Assembly: GCA_976551045.1 (NCBI GenBank)
Contig: CDPCPM010000259.1
Coordinates: 372,001 to 436,000, forward strand
From: Glaucostegus cemiculus
Lineage: Eukaryota
DNA: 64,000 bases
Direction of reading: 5' to 3'
Part shown: piece by piece, positions 59,466-64,000 of the stretch
How positions within the stretch are numbered: the stretch's first letter is position 1
Layout: each line of letters begins with the position of its first letter
The notes under the pieces: generated by a model
The model's database searches: none
What the model was told of the DNA's origin: nothing
Seen by the model: the letters and a program-made list of their open reading frames with translations, nothing else
Made by a program: the position numbers and the translations under genes

Positions 59466-60624
59466 ATTCCTTCAGGAATATGAACAGATGAGAAGGAAAG
59501 TTGAACACTGAGGAGGGCCAAAGTGTAATGAAGAATATCAAAGTACAATGAGTAGATTAACACTCAATAGCAAACATTATTTTAGTACAATGAGACAGGC
59601 TATAACTCAAGTAGCAGGAACACAATAAAATATGACTCAAAAAAATACATCCAGAGGATTATAACAAAGTAACGAAAACCACAGTAAAGCTGCAACTTAT
59701 TCTAAACCTCCTTACTTTGTGAAAAAATAGAGAGGGATCAAGAAATTGTGATGCGCATGTTCAATGATTAATGCCTCACTGTAAAACAAAAGTGGCATCT
59801 GATAGATCTGAAGTGTACTTTCATTGCTGGGGTGAGTGATTCTTTTATGTTGAAAAATCCTTTTCCCGATTTATAACCCTGCATCCAATCATTCAGTCAC
59901 CATGTTATAAATTAGCTCCCTAGGTTCCCACATTCTGCACATCTTTAACGCGGGATTAGAATTCACACCCCTCTGCTTCGCCATCACTTCATGCCTGCAA
60001 CTGCCTGCAATTCCTGGCAGTGTTCTTGTTTTTATTCAATACAGAGTAAAGGGAAGTGGTACAAAAGTTGCTGATCCAGTATTGATAATATCTGTATGCA
60101 AGGCCTGAACAGAACCAACAGCTTCAATAAGGGATTTTGCTACCACTCTAGCTGCTGGGAAAACCTCACCTCTGGGTTATTCATTTACTCCTAGTTTCCA
60201 GCAAACACCTCAGAGCAGGACAGGTTAGAGAAATATGAACTAAAGAAAATAAAGGCAAACTGAGATAAAGAAAGATGTAGAAAGAAAAGTGGGGTAAATG
60301 AATGGAAAGAAAATGTAGGGGGAAGTTGGGAAAGGGATAGCATATCGGTGCCACATCTGTGGCCTGTACAGCTTTCCGGTTAACCCTAGTTTTTGGTGCT
60401 AATCGTTGCCTTGGATGAATGGCTCGCAGCTGAAAATCTCACACCTCGGGTTTGAGCAATGCTGACAGCTTTGACATGAAAGCCCCATCTGCGCACAATC
60501 AGCACTTGTTACAGTGCAGGAGTACTAGAACCAGCTGAAAGAAAGAAAAGCCAATTCCAATTATGAGGAGACAAACATGTTGACAGCGCTCAACTTGGAT
60601 GGTTGAAAAAACAAAGTTACTGAA

Positions 60625-60980
60625 CAGGGAGAAAGAGCAGTGAATAAAACACACAGTATTGCTGGTGAGGATGGGACAGGGTAGAGGGGCTTTTTCCAGT
60701 GGGTAAGGAGCCAAGAACAATAGGGTCATTTATATAGGATTAAATATAAAAGATTTAGAGCAGAGAATGAAAGAAACACTGGAATTTGTTCCAGGGTGTA
60801 AATTCACTTCAACTGTTACTTGTTGAGACAGTAACTATATCAATATTAAAGATTTGTTTGAATTAATGGAGAAACCAAGAAAAAGCAATTTAGGATGAGT
60901 TAATTGAATAGGACACATGCATGGAAGGTAAACACCAGCATTAGATGGATGGGCCAAAGGGCCTGTTTTTGTGAGGTAAC
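60625..60980 (+). mobile_element. CR1 3' fragment, old
   Basis: TTTTTCCAGTGG..CAAGAACAATAGGGTCAT..AAAGATTTAG..GATGGGCCAAAGGGCCTGTTTTTGTG. Confidence 0.65.
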
Positions 60981-62459
60981 TGCTTTATTTTGTGTTAGCC
61001 AGAATTGCTTCTGTCTCTTGTTAACATCGCTGAGAAAAGCAGAGGGACGCTCACTTATTGACTATGGGTGAAGGTACCACTCAGCGCTTTACTAACCTAA
61101 ACAGACAAGGTCGCAAGTTTATCCTGTTGTCTTTGCTGTGTTCTTTAATTTTAGCTGGTGGTACAGTGTCAGACCATACTGATTTCAACAATCTAACTGA
61201 TAGCCATAGAATGCAAATGGAAGCATGCGTATGTGTCCCAGGTTTGAGCTTGGCTAGGATTGCTGCTGTGTTTGAAGTCTTGATGACACTCTGGGTAATG
61301 TGGATTCACTGAAAACTTGGGTGTGAATTGGCTGTGTTTTTTCAACCACGAGCAATAAATGGACAGATCAGGTCCAAGATCCCCCGTGGGCAAGGCTGCT
61401 CACAGGGTTTCCAAAGAAGAAGAATGCCCATTATGGAAAGTTTCAAAGGACCATCAGGCATTGAGGAAGGGCACTCTCGAACAGCAAGCACAGGGCGAGT
61501 GAAGAAAAATATGTGTAAACAGTAGAGAGCGAAAGGTTATTGATCGATATGATCAAATCATGAAACAAATAGGATTTTAAATTTAACAACTCCCATCCTT
61601 TTCCAAGCCAGCATTCCAAGCTACACCTTCAATACTACCAAAGTTGCATCTTTCCCAGTAGCCCGTGGTCAAATTTACATTACATGCCTGTGTGGATGCC
61701 CCAAACTGCACAAGAGGCATTGCAGAAACTAACTTTCAGCTTCCATAACGATTTATTCCCACTCTGCATAAAACTAAAAGGGCTTTAGTTGTTAACTACC
61801 TTTTATGATGAACTGACTCCCATTCGCCAAAGTCTTGCAGAGAGATCCGAACTAGTTGTGATGAAATGGCCACATATGTGAAGTAAGGCACTGTCATCTG
61901 CTGTCAACCATACTGAATGGCAAGAAGGCTCTATCAGATCCCTGCAAATAAAGAAACCACACAGTGCCAGCCATGCCAACTTCCTGTCAATCTGCCTCTA
62001 TCCTTTAAGATGGATTTAAATAAAACCAAGCCAAATGTAAACTCATTAGAGTAAATCACAAAGTAGGTATCTGCATGGAGGTCTCTACGATGACAAGAAC
62101 AGAAAATGTATTATCCAAGGGTGTTCTTATCCTCATCTCTAACATGTTCCCCAGGATATCCTGGAACTCTGTGTCAAAGGAGAAGGAAAATGGTCCTTGT
62201 TCTCTTGAACAAGGGAAACTTGTAGTAAAGTCACCCTAGAAAAAATTTAAAGTAATTATAATTTACGCTATTACGAATTAGCCTCAGGAAAATTCCTAGG
62301 AAATAAAACACTTCTTCACTGGAGACCCTTGTTATTTTTTCAATTCATTGCTGAAATGGAATGGCCTTATCACTTCCTGAATGAGACTGGCAGTGGTTTC
62401 ATATATGCTGATACTGATACAAGTGAAAATTAAAGTAGTGGGATTCCTGAAACATGCCA

Positions 62460-63360
62460 AGTCTGCTTTCAGTGATTCTGCCACAAAATAATCAGTTATT
62501 TAAAATAAACATGGCATTCAGATAGAGGAGCCAGGGTATAATGTGACAGACAGGTGGTTTACATTTTGTGGTATGAATGCTAGGCTTGAGAAAAGTGTAA
62601 GAAATAAAAAGAGTAGATGTTCTGCTTGGTCCATTTCCAAGGATAATTTACTTGCCATGCCCTCTAAACAATCAACACTAAAATTAGATACTTGGTCCAT
62701 AAAATACCATTAACAAACGTGCAAGACTGGAGGGTTTATGTGCAGTCCAATAAGTTTCAAATACCAGCAATATTATTAGCTGGTAATTGAAGCATGAGAC
62801 TGCTTCAGAGAAAATGGTATCATTAGGGTAAGCACTGGATGCCATAGAACAGGAATAAATCCAGATGAAGAATCCTGCTCCACTCAGTTTCAAGTGTGAA
62901 GAGTGTCAGACAAACAGACATCAACTTTTCCCAAAAGTTTGATTCCAGTTGTTTACTTGTACATTGACCCAGATCAGGTCAAGACTGTGGAACAATACCC
63001 CAATATGGGCCAGTGCCTCCAGGACAGGAGTGAAGAAAATGGGTGATGGAGAAAGAAACAAACACAGGTAAATTTTGACCTCTTTCATATCCATGGATGG
63101 AAAATATAAGTTCTGAGAAAGGGCAGTCTAGATGGTGGTATGCAAACTAATTGCATTTTATTTGCATGATTCAAATCTGTCTCCTGTTTGTGTTTTAATA
63201 TTTTTGTTACTACAATTTGATGTTGTTATTTGTGGGGATTTTTACCTATGCCATGAAGCATACTTAAATATTGCCTTAAAGGCTGAGTTATCAGATGCCC
63301 ATATATTTGATAATTGGATCTGTCTTTCATATATCTCTTGCAGTGGTGTCAGTCTGACAC
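62460..63360. promoter_or_regulatory. Candidate conserved non-coding cluster
   Basis: AACAAT, CATTAAC and TAATTG motifs; POU cluster TATGCAAACTAATTGCATTTTATTTGCAT with octamer at 63160-63167. A possible degenerate SINE piece lies at about 62940-63060. Confidence 0.35.
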
Positions 63361-63558
63361 AGTGGCCATGATGATGACCTGGGATGCCACCACCACACTG
63401 AACTGGTAGGCTTGGCATTTGAACAATCTTATGAAAGTGAACATTAGGAAGCTTTTTCCTATTTTAGATGAAATGTCACTATACATAAGGATGTCAATGT
63501 GAGTGCACTGAAGGACAACCAGAATGTGTGCCATTCCTTTGAGACAAAACACAATCCT

Positions 63559-63583
63559 TTGTTGTTGTTGTTGTTGTTGTTGT
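63559..63583. repeat. (TTG)8 microsatellite
   Basis: Directly visible. Confidence 0.95.
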
Positions 63584-64000
63584 TTTTGCATAAGTTTGGG
63601 CAGGAAATCCTTCAGACTTTGTGCTTAACCAAAATATACTCCAGTATTCCCAAATCTACTATGAGTTGGCTCTTGGTACATCAAATAGAGATGTACTAAA
63701 TCGGTTGATGAGTGCTGACAGAAGCTTCACACATATCCTGATGTCAATTTCCTAACTCTTCCTTTTCAAATATTTTTCTGATGCCAACTTCACATGAGTT
63801 TTGATGTTAAATTCACACACGGAACTTGCAGAAGTTGCTGTTTAGAGCCAAACTTTAAAAGGCTCTTCCCAAAACCTTTTCCGAAGTACAGCCAAAAGTA
63901 TTAACTGCGGCCTCTTCTTCTATATTACTGTCCCAGAGCAAGAATTTGACAGTGAAATAGGTTGTTACAGAATTTTACTGTGAAAATACAGTTTACTCTA

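Noticed and set aside
63349-63591. PolyQ-containing ORF
   Set aside because: Produced by the (TTG)8 microsatellite.
1-64000. Prokaryotic operon, defence system or prophage
   Set aside because: Very low coding density, CpG depletion and vertebrate SINE/LINE content.

Overview
This is vertebrate genomic DNA, not prokaryotic. The repeat content (HE1/V-SINEs, HER1/CR1 LINEs, Deu-domain SacSINE1-like SINEs, L2, Rex1/Babar, Penelope-type inverted repeats) points to a cartilaginous fish, probably a ray or sawfish. I found no intact host protein-coding gene: the ORF-track entries are short, chance or repeat-derived. The window looks like a gene desert or giant intron, with decayed transposons alternating with many repeat-free, homeodomain/POU/Sox-motif-rich blocks that resemble conserved non-coding elements (conservation not verifiable here). 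Most notable: (1) a heavily decayed retrovirus-like relic at about 0.7-2.75 kb with integrase followed by a dUTPase-like segment (class III/spuma-like layout); (2) a Penelope-type repeat family carrying a minimal hammerhead ribozyme core, near-intact at 16612-16648; (3) a two-gene Harbinger fossil with nested insertions; (4) a full two-part CTCF motif; (5) a 26-bp minisatellite built from Pol III box-B-like units; (6) a V-SINE with a swapped LINE tail. Family names come from recalled consensus sequences, not from a search. Most repeat boundaries are approximate (tens of bp).
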